Part shown: piece after piece, positions 39,114-50,016 of the stretch
Position numbering within the stretch: position 1 is the stretch's first letter
How the letters are laid out: each line of letters opens with the position of its first letter
Assembly: GCA_018240285.1 (NCBI GenBank)
Contig: JAFEGA010000003.1
Span: 18,097-82,096, forward strand
Length of the DNA: 64,000 bases
Reading direction: 5' to 3'
Source of the DNA: Pseudomonadota bacterium
GTDB lineage: Bacteria > Pseudomonadota > Gammaproteobacteria > Burkholderiales > Nitrosomonadaceae
Notes under the pieces: generated by a model
Seen by the model: only the letters and a program-made list of their open reading frames with translations
Told to the model about the DNA's origin: nothing
The model's database searches: none
Position numbers and translations under genes: made by a program

Positions 39114-39734
39114 TTATTTCTTACCTTCCAGAGATTTATTCTTGTCCGCCAGTGCTTTCAGCAATCCTTCAACCCCGCCTTTGCGCACCTGGCTGTTAAA
39201 TGATCCGCGGTAATTGGTGACCAAGCTAACGCCACCGACCGTCACATCGTAAACTTTCCAGCCATCCGGCTTTTTCTCCATACTATAGTCAATCGGCACC
39301 GGTTCCCTTCCTTTTCCTTGCACAACCACTGTACGCACCGTAGTTTCGACGCTGTCGCCCAGTTGCTTGATCGGATTGACTTTGATCGTTTCGTGATTAT
39401 AAGTCGTCAGCGCATTGGAATAGGTGCGCACCAGCAAGGTACGGAATTCGTCGACCAATTTGGTTTGCTGTCCCGGCTCGGCTTTCGACCAATGTTGCCC
39501 CATCGCAAGCTGCGTCATGCGAGTAAAATTGAAGTGCGGCAGTATTTTGGTCTCGATCAGATCGAGCATTTTATCTTTATTGCCATTTTTCAATTCTTCA
39601 TCTTTCTGGATGATCTCGATCACTTCCTTGACGGTTTTGTCGACCAGCCGGTCGGGTGCCATCTCTACTGACCACGCCGGAAACGCCAGTAAGCTCGAGA
39701 TCGTCAATATTACTATTCCAAGAATTTTTTTCAT
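39114..39734 (-). CDS. mlaC: Phospholipid-binding protein MlaC
   Basis: Signal peptide, F..LLVRTYS, WKVYDVTVGGVSLVTNYR. Confidence 0.93.
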   Translation of the reverse strand: MKKILGIVILTISSLLAFPAWSVEMAPDRLVDKTVKEVIEIIQKDEELKNGNKDKMLDLIETKILPHFNFTRMTQLAMGQHWSKAEPGQQTKLVDEFRTLLVRTYSNALTTYNHETIKVNPIKQLGDSVETTVRTVVVQGKGREPVPIDYSMEKKPDGWKVYDVTVGGVSLVTNYRGSFNSQVRKGGVEGLLKALADKNKSLEGKK

Positions 39735-39812
39735 TGTTTCCTCACACTCATTTTATTTCACAGTCTGCAATACTAAACCAACAATCGCTAAATTAACAAA
39801 TATCCGCTCGCG

Positions 39813-40286
39813 TCACAAAGAGGAATCATCCTCTGAAGCCTTGTTAAACAAAAAGCGCCCGATCAATTCCTCCAGCACCATGGCGGAATTGGTTTTCATG
39901 ATTTTATCACCATCTTTCAGTTTCACCTCATCTCCGCCCGCAGCTAATCCGATGTATTGCTCACCCAGCAAGCCCGAGGTCAAAATACTGGCGAAGGTAT
40001 CTTTAGGAAACAGAAAGCGGCTATCCATGCTCATCGTCACCACCGCATCGTAGGTCTGCGTGCTGAACTGAATATCGGTAACGCGCCCGACGACGACACC
40101 CGCGCTCTTCACCGGCGCGCGCACTTTCAGACCACCGATATTTTCAAAATTACCGCTAAGGACATAACTGTGAGAAGGATTATAGACATTGAGATTACCC
40201 ACTTTGAGGCTTAAGATCATGAGCGCGGCAATCCCCATGACCACAAACAATCCCACCCACAAATCCATCGTTGTCCGCTGCATCAA
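39813..40286 (-). CDS. mlaD: MCE-domain protein MlaD
   Basis: FENIGGLKVRAPVKSAGVVVGRV, ILTSGLLGEQYI. Confidence 0.95.
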   Translation of the reverse strand: MMQRTTMDLWVGLFVVMGIAALMILSLKVGNLNVYNPSHSYVLSGNFENIGGLKVRAPVKSAGVVVGRVTDIQFSTQTYDAVVTMSMDSRFLFPKDTFASILTSGLLGEQYIGLAAGGDEVKLKDGDKIMKTNSAMVLEELIGRFLFNKASEDDSSL

Positions 40287-41080
40287 CTCACTCCTCTAAA
40301 CATGAAAGCGGTCAGAATAAAATCAAGCCCTAGAATCGCCAATGACGATGTGACCACGGTACGTGTTGTGGCTCCCGACACGCCTTCCGCGGTCGGCGGC
40401 GCATCGTACCCTTCAAAAACGGCGATGGCGGTAACCGCGACACCGAAATAGCAGCTTTTAATAAAACCGTTCATGATGTCAAACCTGAAATCGACCGAAT
40501 CTTGCATCTGCGACCAGAAAGACCCTTCATCCACACCGATGAAGACCACCGTCACAAGATAACCGCCGAACACGCCCATGACGGAAAATATCGCTGCCAG
40601 CAGCGGCATCGAAATCACCCCTGACCAGAAGCGCGGCGCGACCACGCGTGCTACCGGATCAACCGCCATCATACTCATCGCGGACAATTGTTCGGTTGCC
40701 TTCATCAAACCAATCTCAGCGGTGATCGCCGACCCTGCGCGGCTGGCAAACAGCAATGCCGCCACGACCGGACCCAATTCACGTACCAGCGACAATGCCA
40801 CCAGCGTGCCGACCGCGGATTCCGAGCCATACTTCTGCAATGTTTCATAACCCTGCAACCCCAGCACCATGCCGACGAAGAGCCCCGATACGACAATGAT
40901 GATCAATGATAGAACGCCGGTGAAATACAATTCCCGGATGACCAGATTGAAGCGGCGCACGCTGGTGCCGGACTTAAACAGCACCAGCATGAAAAAGCGG
41001 CTGGCCACGCCCAAACGCCAGACACTCTCGATCACGCGATGGCCGATATTCTGAATCCCGCTTACGATCCGCTTAGGCAC
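40283..41080 (-). CDS. mlaE: Lipid asymmetry ABC permease MlaE
   Basis: RELGPVVAALLFASRAGSA.TAEIGLMKATEQL, ATTRTVV. Confidence 0.96.
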   Translation of the reverse strand: MPKRIVSGIQNIGHRVIESVWRLGVASRFFMLVLFKSGTSVRRFNLVIRELYFTGVLSLIIIVVSGLFVGMVLGLQGYETLQKYGSESAVGTLVALSLVRELGPVVAALLFASRAGSAITAEIGLMKATEQLSAMSMMAVDPVARVVAPRFWSGVISMPLLAAIFSVMGVFGGYLVTVVFIGVDEGSFWSQMQDSVDFRFDIMNGFIKSCYFGVAVTAIAVFEGYDAPPTAEGVSGATTRTVVTSSLAILGLDFILTAFMFRGVS

Positions 41081-41885
41081 GCGTATTCTCCAGATTTAAA
41101 TCTTTTTGATAGCTCTGTGCCGGATAATGAAAAGGCACCGGCCCATCTTCTTCGCCATGCACAAACTGATGCACAAAAGGGGCGACCGATTTCCGCACTT
41201 CGTGCGGCGTCCCTTCGGCGGCAATCACGCCATCGGCAATAAAATAAACATAATCCACAATTTTCAGCGACTCCTGCACATCATGCGTAACCACGATCGA
41301 GGTCATACCGAGCGCATCGGTCAAACGGCGGATCAGATTTCCGATCACGCTTAAGGAAATCGGATCCAGTCCGGTGAACGGCTCATCGTACATGATCAGC
41401 ATCGGATCGAGCGCGATCGAGCGCGCCAGGGCCACGCGTCGCGCCATACCGCCAGATAATTGATTGGGCATTAAATGGTGCGCGCCGCGTAAACCGACTG
41501 CGTGCAATTTCATCAGCACCAGATCACGAATCATCGATTCCGGCAAATTGGTATGCTCGCGCATCTGAAATGCCACATTGTCGAACACCGACAAGTCGGT
41601 GAACAACGCACCAAACTGAAACAGCATGCCCATCTTGCGGCGCAACTTGAACAATGCATCGCGCTCCAGTTCATGCACCACCTGTCCGGCAAATTTGACA
41701 TAGCCCGATGTCGGTTCAATTACCCCGCCAATCAAGCGCAACAAAGTGGTTTTTCCCGATCCACTGCCGCCCATAATGGCAATCACCTTGCCGCGCTGCA
41801 TCGTCATGTCGATGCCCTTCAAAATCGCGCGCGTACCGTAGGAAAAATTCAATCCGCTGATTTCAATCAAATTCTCGGATGTCAT
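41073..41885 (-). CDS. mlaF: Lipid asymmetry ABC ATPase MlaF
   Basis: GGSGSGKTT, LFQFGALF, LSGGMARR, YDEPFTGLDP. Confidence 0.95.
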   Translation of the reverse strand: MTSENLIEISGLNFSYGTRAILKGIDMTMQRGKVIAIMGGSGSGKTTLLRLIGGVIEPTSGYVKFAGQVVHELERDALFKLRRKMGMLFQFGALFTDLSVFDNVAFQMREHTNLPESMIRDLVLMKLHAVGLRGAHHLMPNQLSGGMARRVALARSIALDPMLIMYDEPFTGLDPISLSVIGNLIRRLTDALGMTSIVVTHDVQESLKIVDYVYFIADGVIAAEGTPHEVRKSVAPFVHQFVHGEEDGPVPFHYPAQSYQKDLNLENTRA

Positions 41886-42225
41886 GATGTGTAATCCAAC
41901 GAGGTAAAGGTAATTCCGGAAAAAGCTGTCATTGAAGCGTTTGGATCGGATACGGATTCTGCAATCTGTTTTGCAGCGGCTAAATATTCATTCAATTTTG
42001 TCAGCGCCAATTTTAATCCACTTTCTTCATGAATATTGCGCTATATTGGGTTTTCACGGTTATTTTTGTGTTTTTTGAAATTTCCACCTGAACAGTATTT
42101 AATTTTTTGAATCTTCACAATCACCGGATGCTGCAAAACGCAACGATCAATTTTCTTGGCACCAGTCCCTCTCAATGCAGCTGCGGCAACCTGCATGCTA
42201 TTTGCTCGGCTAAAAGCCTCGTTCA

Positions 42226-43077
42226 GTGAACATTAGCGCCATGTTTCGCAGAAGACTGCCCTATTTGATCTATGGCCTGGTTCTCTGTTTTGCTGCTTCG
42301 CTAGTGTCGGCGGGTGAGATTTATCGCAGTGTCGATGAACGCGGCCGTGTCACTTATTCCGACACCCCGCAAGCCGGTTCCCGGCAGATCCCGATCACCG
42401 GCCAGCCCGGCCGCCAGCTCCACCAAGTCGATCACGTGTACGATGGAGACACCATCATATTGGAAAACGGCAAGCATATCCGGCTGCTGGGAATCAATAC
42501 ACCGGAAATCGAAAGCCGTTTACGTTCGGAAGAACCCGGCGGCACTGCCGCAAAAAAATGGTTGCAAAACAAATTGCGGAATAAGGCGGTTTATCTGGAA
42601 TTCGATCAAGTCAAGCGCGACAAATATAACCGCCTTCTGGCACATGTATTTTTACCCAATGGCGAACACGTGAACCTGTCGCTGCTGCAAAACGGTTTGG
42701 CTGCGGTCAGTATCATTCCGCCGAATGGCCGGTATAGCGAAAAACTCATTCAAGCACAGCAACAGGCCGAGCAATCTAAATCAGGCATCTGGTCCATGCC
42801 GGAATACCAATCCCACCCAATCACCCAGATCGCCAACCATACCAAAGGCTGGCAACGGTTTACCGGAACACCGGTAGCAATCAAAAAAAGCCGCAAATTT
42901 ACCCGTCTGCTCTTCAACGACAAAATCGATGTTCGCGTCGCCAACAGCAACACCCGGCTATTCCCCGATCTGGCAACCTACCTGGGAAAAAAACTGGAAA
43001 TCCGTGGCTGGGTCACGCGCAACAAGGATTTTTATTCCCTGCAGATTCAGCACCCCAGCGCACTGATCGTGCAGTAA
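42226..43077 (+). CDS. Secreted thermonuclease (DUF4124 + SNase)
   Basis: Signal peptide, IYRSVDERGRVTYSD, DGDT, IRLLGINTPE, DKYNRLLAHV. Confidence 0.85.
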   Translation: MNISAMFRRRLPYLIYGLVLCFAASLVSAGEIYRSVDERGRVTYSDTPQAGSRQIPITGQPGRQLHQVDHVYDGDTIILENGKHIRLLGINTPEIESRLRSEEPGGTAAKKWLQNKLRNKAVYLEFDQVKRDKYNRLLAHVFLPNGEHVNLSLLQNGLAAVSIIPPNGRYSEKLIQAQQQAEQSKSGIWSMPEYQSHPITQIANHTKGWQRFTGTPVAIKKSRKFTRLLFNDKIDVRVANSNTRLFPDLATYLGKKLEIRGWVTRNKDFYSLQIQHPSALIVQ

Positions 43078-43405
43078 TAGGTTGTAGCTTTGAAATTTTA
43101 TCCAGCGGAGCTTTTATGTCACAAAATGGTGGCAAAACAGAATCGTCTAAAGACGAAGTATGGATCGTACAAAACTCACCCTATGCACCACAAGAATGAA
43201 AAAATCCCTACCAGAAAGCGCCTGGATCAGGCCATGGTTTTACTGCAAGAAATCAGTTTCCGGAATGGATTCAATAAGATTACCGAGATTCTCTGCCTGG
43301 GTAGTGCAGTCCATAAATATAAATGGCAGCAATTTAGCCAAGCGAGGATCTATACGAATTTTTATCCTTCAACCTATCCGCTTTTGACTTAGTCTAATAA
43401 GCTTC

Positions 43406-45058
43406 TCACGTTGCGGATTTCGGCAATACGCTGTACACCTGATCGCGTCCTGCCCTCTTGGCTTCGTATAAAGCACTATCGACCCGGGATAACAGTATGG
43501 TGAGTGAAATATCTTCCGGCTCACTTTGAATGACCCCGATACTGAGCGTTACTTTGAGTGTTTTGTTGATCGTGCTGCAATGCACATTGGCAGCATGCGC
43601 TCTAATACGCTCTGCTGTTTTCAGTGCTTCATTAACCGCGGTGTCAGCCAAAATAATAATGAATTCGTCACCTCCATAGCGGGCGGCAAAGTCAACATTG
43701 CGAATTGATTGAGAAATCCTCTTCGCAACGCCTGCGATGATTTCATCCCCGGCAACATGTCCCAGGCTATCGTTCAGTGTTTTAAAATGATCAACGTCGA
43801 TCATCAGCACGGAAAACGGACGTTTGTTCCGTTCATACCGCGCCAGCTGATCATTGATAATCGCATTCAGCTTATTGCGGTTATACAAACCTGTCAGGCT
43901 GTCCGTTACCGATAATGTCTCCAATAGCGCGTTCTTTTGCTGCATCGCGGCACTGGCTTGTTCAATCGCAGCTTGATCCCGTCGCAACTGGTCCGTCATC
44001 TGGTTGAACATCTGAGTCAATTGACCCAGCTCATTGCGCTGCGTATTCATTAATTCAACATTGAGATCGCCTTTCACAATCCGCTCTGTTGCATCAATCA
44101 ACTTTCTCAACGGTACAACAATGGCATGGCTCATTTGGAAAGCGATGGTTGCTACTATCAGGATGATGATACTGATCAGGCTAGCAAAAAAATTCCGCTG
44201 CTGCTCCCAAAAAGCGTAGATCAACTGATGATTTCTGGTTGCAATGATAGTGATGAGCGGTTTTTCCGATACGTAAGCCAACCCTGCTACTTTTTCCTGC
44301 CTTGATCCTTGAAATATTTCATATTCCCCTGGGTGATCGCGCAATCGTTTCAAAACCGCCGGATCAAGCGTGACCGGATTATCCGGATTGACAATTGAAG
44401 TATCGCTGGCCAGCATGATGAAACCATTGGCATCCAGCAATAAAACATCGCCGGGTGGAGATTTCACTTTATCCTTCAAATTTGACTGGATATCGCGCAA
44501 ATCGAAAGTAACGATCAACGCACCCAAAATAAAATCATCTACTGACAATATAGGAACCGCGATACTCAATATGGCGGTTGCATAATCGGCATTCCACTGC
44601 GGCGGCGCGACCACTTCACCTTGCGTCGATGCGTCTTGCGGCCAATTTTGCGAGAGCTTAACGGGGAAAGGCGTCTCCATATTGCTGGCGATCACTTTCC
44701 CGTCGACATCGACGACAGTCAATTCCAATACGGCATCCAGCCGTTTATGCACGGACTTCAAGTACAGCTCGAGCGATTTTCGTTGGGCGATGAGTTTGTT
44801 CTTTTTCGATTGATTTTCCAGCGATAACCCTTCGATCAGAATTTTGGAAGTTGCCAGTTCACGAACTGTAAGGATTTGTTCTTTAATCCATAAATCCAAT
44901 TCCCGGCTAGCATAATTGGCCAGAGCGCGCAACTCACGGGTGACATTCTCGTTGATCATCGTTTCGTTTTGCTGAAACGACAGTATGCCAAGCGCCAATG
45001 AAGGAATCAGCGTGGCCAGAATGGAGAAAACAATGATCTTGCTTTTGATGCTTCTCAA
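43406..45058 (-). CDS. Membrane sensor diguanylate cyclase (Cache-HAMP-GGDEF)
   Basis: Two TM segments, HAMP (ELGQLTQMFN), DSLTGLYNR, RNVD I-site and GGDEF. Confidence 0.93.
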   Translation of the reverse strand: MRSIKSKIIVFSILATLIPSLALGILSFQQNETMINENVTRELRALANYASRELDLWIKEQILTVRELATSKILIEGLSLENQSKKNKLIAQRKSLELYLKSVHKRLDAVLELTVVDVDGKVIASNMETPFPVKLSQNWPQDASTQGEVVAPPQWNADYATAILSIAVPILSVDDFILGALIVTFDLRDIQSNLKDKVKSPPGDVLLLDANGFIMLASDTSIVNPDNPVTLDPAVLKRLRDHPGEYEIFQGSRQEKVAGLAYVSEKPLITIIATRNHQLIYAFWEQQRNFFASLISIIILIVATIAFQMSHAIVVPLRKLIDATERIVKGDLNVELMNTQRNELGQLTQMFNQMTDQLRRDQAAIEQASAAMQQKNALLETLSVTDSLTGLYNRNKLNAIINDQLARYERNKRPFSVLMIDVDHFKTLNDSLGHVAGDEIIAGVAKRISQSIRNVDFAARYGGDEFIIILADTAVNEALKTAERIRAHAANVHCSTINKTLKVTLSIGVIQSEPEDISLTILLSRVDSALYEAKRAGRDQVYSVLPKSAT

Positions 45059-45084
45059 TGTCGATCCCGTGAAGTAATAAAACG

Positions 45085-45510
45085 CTATGCAGTATGAAGC
45101 GCGACCGGTTGTTTATCCGGGTAATTACTCATTTGATAGCCTTGCCACAACCGGCCTGCAATAAACGTTGCAATGGCATTGGCTTGCTGCTGCAGATTCG
45201 GATTGCCCAGTTCCTCAGTTGTCTCTTTGAAAAGCTGCAGCCAGCGCTCAAACAGTGCCGCGTTAAGATCAGGCAAGGCGATATGTTTCGGCATCGGTGC
45301 GCCGCGGAACCGGCTGGTGCCGCGCAACTGCGCCGACCAGAAATTGATCATTTGCACAAAATGCGCATCCCAGTCGATGACATGCGCTTCGAAAATCGGA
45401 CCGAGCCCCGGATCTTTCCGGGCTTTTGCGTAAAATGTATGAACCAGATTTGCGATTTCTTCTTCAGTGTATAAATTGGGATCGGGCATTGGAAACATTG
45501 AATGACTCAT
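45085..45510 (-). CDS. Group III truncated haemoglobin
   Basis: FYAKARKDPGLGPIF...WDAH...FWS...H...F.RWLQLF. Confidence 0.9.
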   Translation of the reverse strand: MSHSMFPMPDPNLYTEEEIANLVHTFYAKARKDPGLGPIFEAHVIDWDAHFVQMINFWSAQLRGTSRFRGAPMPKHIALPDLNAALFERWLQLFKETTEELGNPNLQQQANAIATFIAGRLWQGYQMSNYPDKQPVALHTA

Positions 45511-45731
45511 AGATGGAAATTACCTCATTAGATAAAAAAGAATTTGTATGATAACAAAACTAGACTATAACGATGTTTTGCAGATAAGGCTGAAAACCGT
45601 TACTTTATGATCGAAACTAGTTTATCTTCGGATATCCGGATTGTCCAACTTTACAGCAAAACAGGCGTCTTTCTTTGTAGCGTAGCAGCGACCATAAGTT
45701 CCACGCGATTAGGTGACAGGGAGTAAGCAAC

Positions 45732-47342
45732 ATGAAAAATTTATACGGTAAGGCATTGCTGGTTGATCCGGTGTTCACCAAATCGACGGCATTTACACGC
45801 GAAGAACGGGAACGTTACGGTCTGCGCGGATTGCTGCCTTACGATGTCGCTACGATGCAAAAGCAAATAGCGCGCGTGCTGGATAACATGCGTTGCAAAA
45901 GCAGCGCGATAGAGAAATATATTTTTCTGAACGCATTGCTGGAGCGCAATCAGCGGCTTTTTTACCGCACCATGATTGACCATATCGAAGAGATCATGCC
46001 GCTGGTTTACACGCCGACCGTCGGTGAGGCCTGCAAGGAATTCGCTCATATTTTCAGAAAACCGCAAGGATTCTACATCACACCCGAAGACCGGGGAGCA
46101 ATCGCCGACATTCTCAAAAACTGGCCGGAACAGGATATTCGCGTCATTGTCGTAACCGATGGCGAGCGCATCCTGGGTTTAGGTGATTTGGGCGCCAACG
46201 GCATGGGAATTCCGATCGGCAAAGTCGCTTTATATGTCGCCTGCGCTGGTATTCATCCGGCGCACTGCATGCCAATCATGCTCGATGTCGGCACGAATAA
46301 TGTGTCGCTGCGAGAAGATCCGCTTTATTTGGGTTATCCGTATCCGCGTATCGATGCCGAGACTTATCGGGCGCTGGTCGATGAATTCGTGCAAGCGGTA
46401 CAATTGCGTTTCCCTAACGCCGTAATACAGTTTGAAGACTTCTTGACGCCGCACGCTTTTGAATTTTTAGAACGCTATGGCCATCAGGTGCGTTGCTTTA
46501 ACGACGATATCCAAGGCACCGCCGCTGTGACATTGGCGGGTATTTACACCTCATGCCGCATCACCGGAAAGAAATTCGCCGATCTGAATATCATGTTCCT
46601 CGGTACCGGATCGGCGGCCAGCGGAACTGCGGAATTGGTGGTGGAAGCGTTCTGCCAGGCAGGATTGAGCAAACCGCAAGCACAAAAACGGTTATGGTTT
46701 ATCGGCCGGAATGGATTGGTGACTACCGCCACTGACAACGTCAAAGCGCGTATCAAACCTTTTGCGCAGGAACACGCTGCGTGCAGCTTCGTGGATGCAA
46801 TCGGCGCAATCAAACCCGATGTGCTGATCGGCGCAACCGGCGTAGCCGGCACCTTTACCGAAGCCATCGTGCGCCACATGGCCGCAGTCAATGAGCGCCC
46901 GGTGATCATCGCCCTATCGAATCCGACCTCGCATACCGAATGCACTGCGGAACAAGCCTATCAATGGAGCGACGGTCGGGTAATTTTCGCCAGCGGCAGT
47001 CCGTTTGATCCGGTACGCTATGGCGATACGGTATTCAAACCGGCGCAAGGCAACAATGCCTATATTTTCCCGGGAATCGGCCTAGGCGTTTTCGCCAGCG
47101 CTGCAAGGCTGGTAACGCAGAGCATGTTCCTGGCAGCCGCCGAAGTGCTGGCAAGCACGGTCACGGAACAGGAAATTCAAACTGGCGCGGTTTATCCGGC
47201 ATTACCCCGGGTGCGCGACGTTTCGCTGGCGATCGCAACCGCCGTTTGCCAAGTGGCAATGAATGAAGGGCTGGCGGAGAAAGAGTTGCCGCACGATTTG
47301 AGCGGCTATATCCGATCGCTGATGTACGAACCGGATTACTGA
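45732..47342 (+). CDS. maeA: NAD-dependent malic enzyme
   Basis: VYTPTVG, VTDGERILGLGDLG, IQFEDF, FNDDIQGT, LSNPT, QGNNAYIFPG. Confidence 0.93.
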   Translation: MKNLYGKALLVDPVFTKSTAFTREERERYGLRGLLPYDVATMQKQIARVLDNMRCKSSAIEKYIFLNALLERNQRLFYRTMIDHIEEIMPLVYTPTVGEACKEFAHIFRKPQGFYITPEDRGAIADILKNWPEQDIRVIVVTDGERILGLGDLGANGMGIPIGKVALYVACAGIHPAHCMPIMLDVGTNNVSLREDPLYLGYPYPRIDAETYRALVDEFVQAVQLRFPNAVIQFEDFLTPHAFEFLERYGHQVRCFNDDIQGTAAVTLAGIYTSCRITGKKFADLNIMFLGTGSAASGTAELVVEAFCQAGLSKPQAQKRLWFIGRNGLVTTATDNVKARIKPFAQEHAACSFVDAIGAIKPDVLIGATGVAGTFTEAIVRHMAAVNERPVIIALSNPTSHTECTAEQAYQWSDGRVIFASGSPFDPVRYGDTVFKPAQGNNAYIFPGIGLGVFASAARLVTQSMFLAAAEVLASTVTEQEIQTGAVYPALPRVRDVSLAIATAVCQVAMNEGLAEKELPHDLSGYIRSLMYEPDY

Positions 47343-47367
47343 ACCGCATACTTTACCGGTTTGTTGT

Positions 47368-48198
47368 TCAAGCGAATAAATTGGTAACGCCGTCCAAGCC
47401 AACATAATCGATCGAATACGTCGCCTGCTGTTTGACGATCGGTTTGGCATGATACGCAATGCCAACCCCAGCCTCAGCCAGCATATCGAGATCGTTGGCG
47501 CCGTCGCCGATGGCGATGACCTGCTCGCGCCGTAATCCCAATTCATCGCAAACCTGTCTCAACACGTGCGCCTTGCCTTGGCGGCCGATGATGTCGCCGA
47601 CGACTTTTCCGGTTAACCGGTTATCTTCGATTTCCAGCACATTCGCCATGGCGTAATCGAACTCGAGTTTCGTTTTGATGCGCTCAGTAAAAAAAGTAAA
47701 ACCGCCAGAAATCACCATCGTTTTCAAACCCGACCGTTTCGCAAGTTGCAGCATTCTTTCCGCGCCGGGACTGAGTTTCACTCTTTCATCGTAGACTTGC
47801 TGCAAAGCATCTTGATGCAAACCTCGCAATAAAGCCGTGCGTCGCGTCAGGCTTTCTTCAAAACTGATCTCGCCGCGCATGGTTTGCAGTGTGATGGCTG
47901 CGACTTGCGGTTTGATCTGCTGCATATCCGCAATTTCGTCAATTGACTCAATGGCAAGTAGCGTTGAATCCATGTCCATGGCAATCAACTTGAAATCAGA
48001 AAGCTTTGTCGCCGCGTCGACAAAAGCAAAGTCCAATTCGGCTTCTGCGCAATAATCGGGTATAGCATCGGAATGAACCGCATGGGTTAAGCGGAAGGCT
48101 TGTCCGGTAATCTGCACGATGCCATCGGCATGGGATAGCTTTGCCAGTTCGCGCAGATCGCTGTTGTTTATTTCCAACCCCTGGATGATTAAATTCAT
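47368..48198 (-). CDS. serB: Phosphoserine phosphatase
   Basis: MDMDSTL, ISGGF, GDGANDL HAD motifs; likely start ATG 48198. Confidence 0.93.
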   Translation of the reverse strand: MNLIIQGLEINNSDLRELAKLSHADGIVQITGQAFRLTHAVHSDAIPDYCAEAELDFAFVDAATKLSDFKLIAMDMDSTLLAIESIDEIADMQQIKPQVAAITLQTMRGEISFEESLTRRTALLRGLHQDALQQVYDERVKLSPGAERMLQLAKRSGLKTMVISGGFTFFTERIKTKLEFDYAMANVLEIEDNRLTGKVVGDIIGRQGKAHVLRQVCDELGLRREQVIAIGDGANDLDMLAEAGVGIAYHAKPIVKQQATYSIDYVGLDGVTNLFA

Positions 48199-48239
48199 AA
48201 GACAGTCATTAACGTAATATTTTGTTCCTGAAAAGCATA

Positions 48240-49706
48240 TCAAGCATTCTCGCTCCACTCCATAATCCGGTTCCGGCCGGCATGCTTAGCAGCATAGAGC
48301 GCAGAATCGGCTGCTTTAATCAGATCTCTCGGTTCCCGGAAATATGTCATATTTTCCTGATAACCAGCGACACCAATGGAAGCCGTGATGCGAATTATGT
48401 TGCGGCCATCGAATTTATACGCAATATCCGCGATAGAATTTTTTAGCCGGGTAATAAGATTTCTTGACGTGGTCAAAGCTGTACCGGGAAGAATCAAAGC
48501 AAATTCTTCGCCACCGTAACGGCTCAAGGTATCATCCTGGCGGATTTGATCAAATACGGTTTTAACCACCATGGCCAATAACGAATCTCCCGCGATATGA
48601 CCATAGGTATCGTTGACGCTCTTGAAATGATCGAGATCGATAATTGCAATCGTCAGTGGCAAATCGTATTGCAACGCCAGATTGAATTCTTGCCGTAGCG
48701 TTTCATCAAAATAAGTACGATTATAAGCGCCAGTCAAACCATCACGCTGTGATTTATCTTCCAGGTCCCGCATTCTGGAAAGATCGTGAATCATCAGTAA
48801 CTCTTTGGCTTCCGACAAGATGCCATCAACTTCGGACGAATCGTGGATGTTTATTTCAAACAAATCTTCAACTGCTTTTAAACCGACTTCCATGATTTTG
48901 ATCACCTCGATAAGTGCATGAGCATCAAATCCGAGCCATTTTTGCGCTGCTTCGTTCAACGCCGTCATTTTTTCCGTCTCATGCGGAAAAAGAAAATAAT
49001 CGGCTAAATAACGGGAAACAGCCAGACACGATTGTAACGTTGGCCCCAGATTCTTGGGTTCCGGTTGTGAATGGCTATTGATGCAGGATAATGCGATGTA
49101 ATCCGGGATATGCCATTTTTTCAGCAATGCATAACCCAATTCATCGTGTCCCGCGCCGAATGCTTCGCGTTCGGTGTTCAACAAAACATCGTGATCGGAT
49201 GTCGATGCAAATACTTTGCCGTATTCTTCCGGCATGATAACCCAGAAAGCTAGGATGCCAATTTCCTGGATTAATCCGGCCAGGAATAAATCATCCAGGT
49301 AATTCAGCTCAAGTTTTTCCCCCAAAGCACGCGCGGCAAGTGCCGATGCAATGGAGCGGCGCCAGAAAATCGTGTTGTCAAAAGCCGTACTGGAATCCGG
49401 TAGCTTGCTCTTCATTAGTGAATGCGTCAGCGAAAAAGATAAGGCGATGACAAGAACGGTATGTGTACCGAGGATGCTAACCGCTTGCCGGATATTGGTC
49501 GCCACCCGGCGGGATTTGTATAACGGTGTGTTTGCTGTGCGCAACAGTTTCGCTGACAGCACGGGGTCCAGTGAAATATATTGGCAAACGCTGCCGATAT
49601 CGGCATCTGGATCATTCGCCATTTCAATTATCTTGACGGCCACGGCAGGTAAGCTCGGCAGCGCTGCACACTGATATAGCTGTCTTTTCAATGTATCATC
49701 AATCAC
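48240..49706 (-). CDS. HDOD-GGDEF diguanylate cyclase
   Basis: LPSLPAVA...DPVLSAKLLRTAN HDOD; DGLTGAYNR, RQDD I-site, GGEEF. Confidence 0.92.
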   Translation of the reverse strand: MIDDTLKRQLYQCAALPSLPAVAVKIIEMANDPDADIGSVCQYISLDPVLSAKLLRTANTPLYKSRRVATNIRQAVSILGTHTVLVIALSFSLTHSLMKSKLPDSSTAFDNTIFWRRSIASALAARALGEKLELNYLDDLFLAGLIQEIGILAFWVIMPEEYGKVFASTSDHDVLLNTEREAFGAGHDELGYALLKKWHIPDYIALSCINSHSQPEPKNLGPTLQSCLAVSRYLADYFLFPHETEKMTALNEAAQKWLGFDAHALIEVIKIMEVGLKAVEDLFEINIHDSSEVDGILSEAKELLMIHDLSRMRDLEDKSQRDGLTGAYNRTYFDETLRQEFNLALQYDLPLTIAIIDLDHFKSVNDTYGHIAGDSLLAMVVKTVFDQIRQDDTLSRYGGEEFALILPGTALTTSRNLITRLKNSIADIAYKFDGRNIIRITASIGVAGYQENMTYFREPRDLIKAADSALYAAKHAGRNRIMEWSENA

Positions 49707-50016
49707 TTATTATCCTTCTTGTTAGATAACAATTATATATTATTGAATAATATTATAATTACTCCCTATTATAAGAAACCGTATATTAACTTATTTTTTT
49801 AGCACTATTTACAATAATTCACAGGCATTTCCCGCTTATTTCCGATAGAGCAATACAAGTATTCATTTTTTCAACTGAGCTGATGCTATGATGTTGCATG
49901 ATATGCACGGAAATCATTATGCTTATTTTTGAGCAAAGCAATTGCACAATAACCGGCGGTAACAATAAATAAATTAGTGAATGACTCGGCAGAGCGTTCT
50001 TGACAAGGAGTTCAAT

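Noticed and set aside
43090-43392. 100-aa ORF or gene remnant between the nuclease and GGDEF genes
   Set aside because: TTG start without SD, no recognisable domain; I could not confirm a faint resemblance to transposase debris.
45555-45580. CAAAAC-N14-GTTTTG as an NsrR site for the truncated haemoglobin
   Set aside because: It does not match the GATG(C/T)AT...AT(A/G)CATC NsrR consensus.
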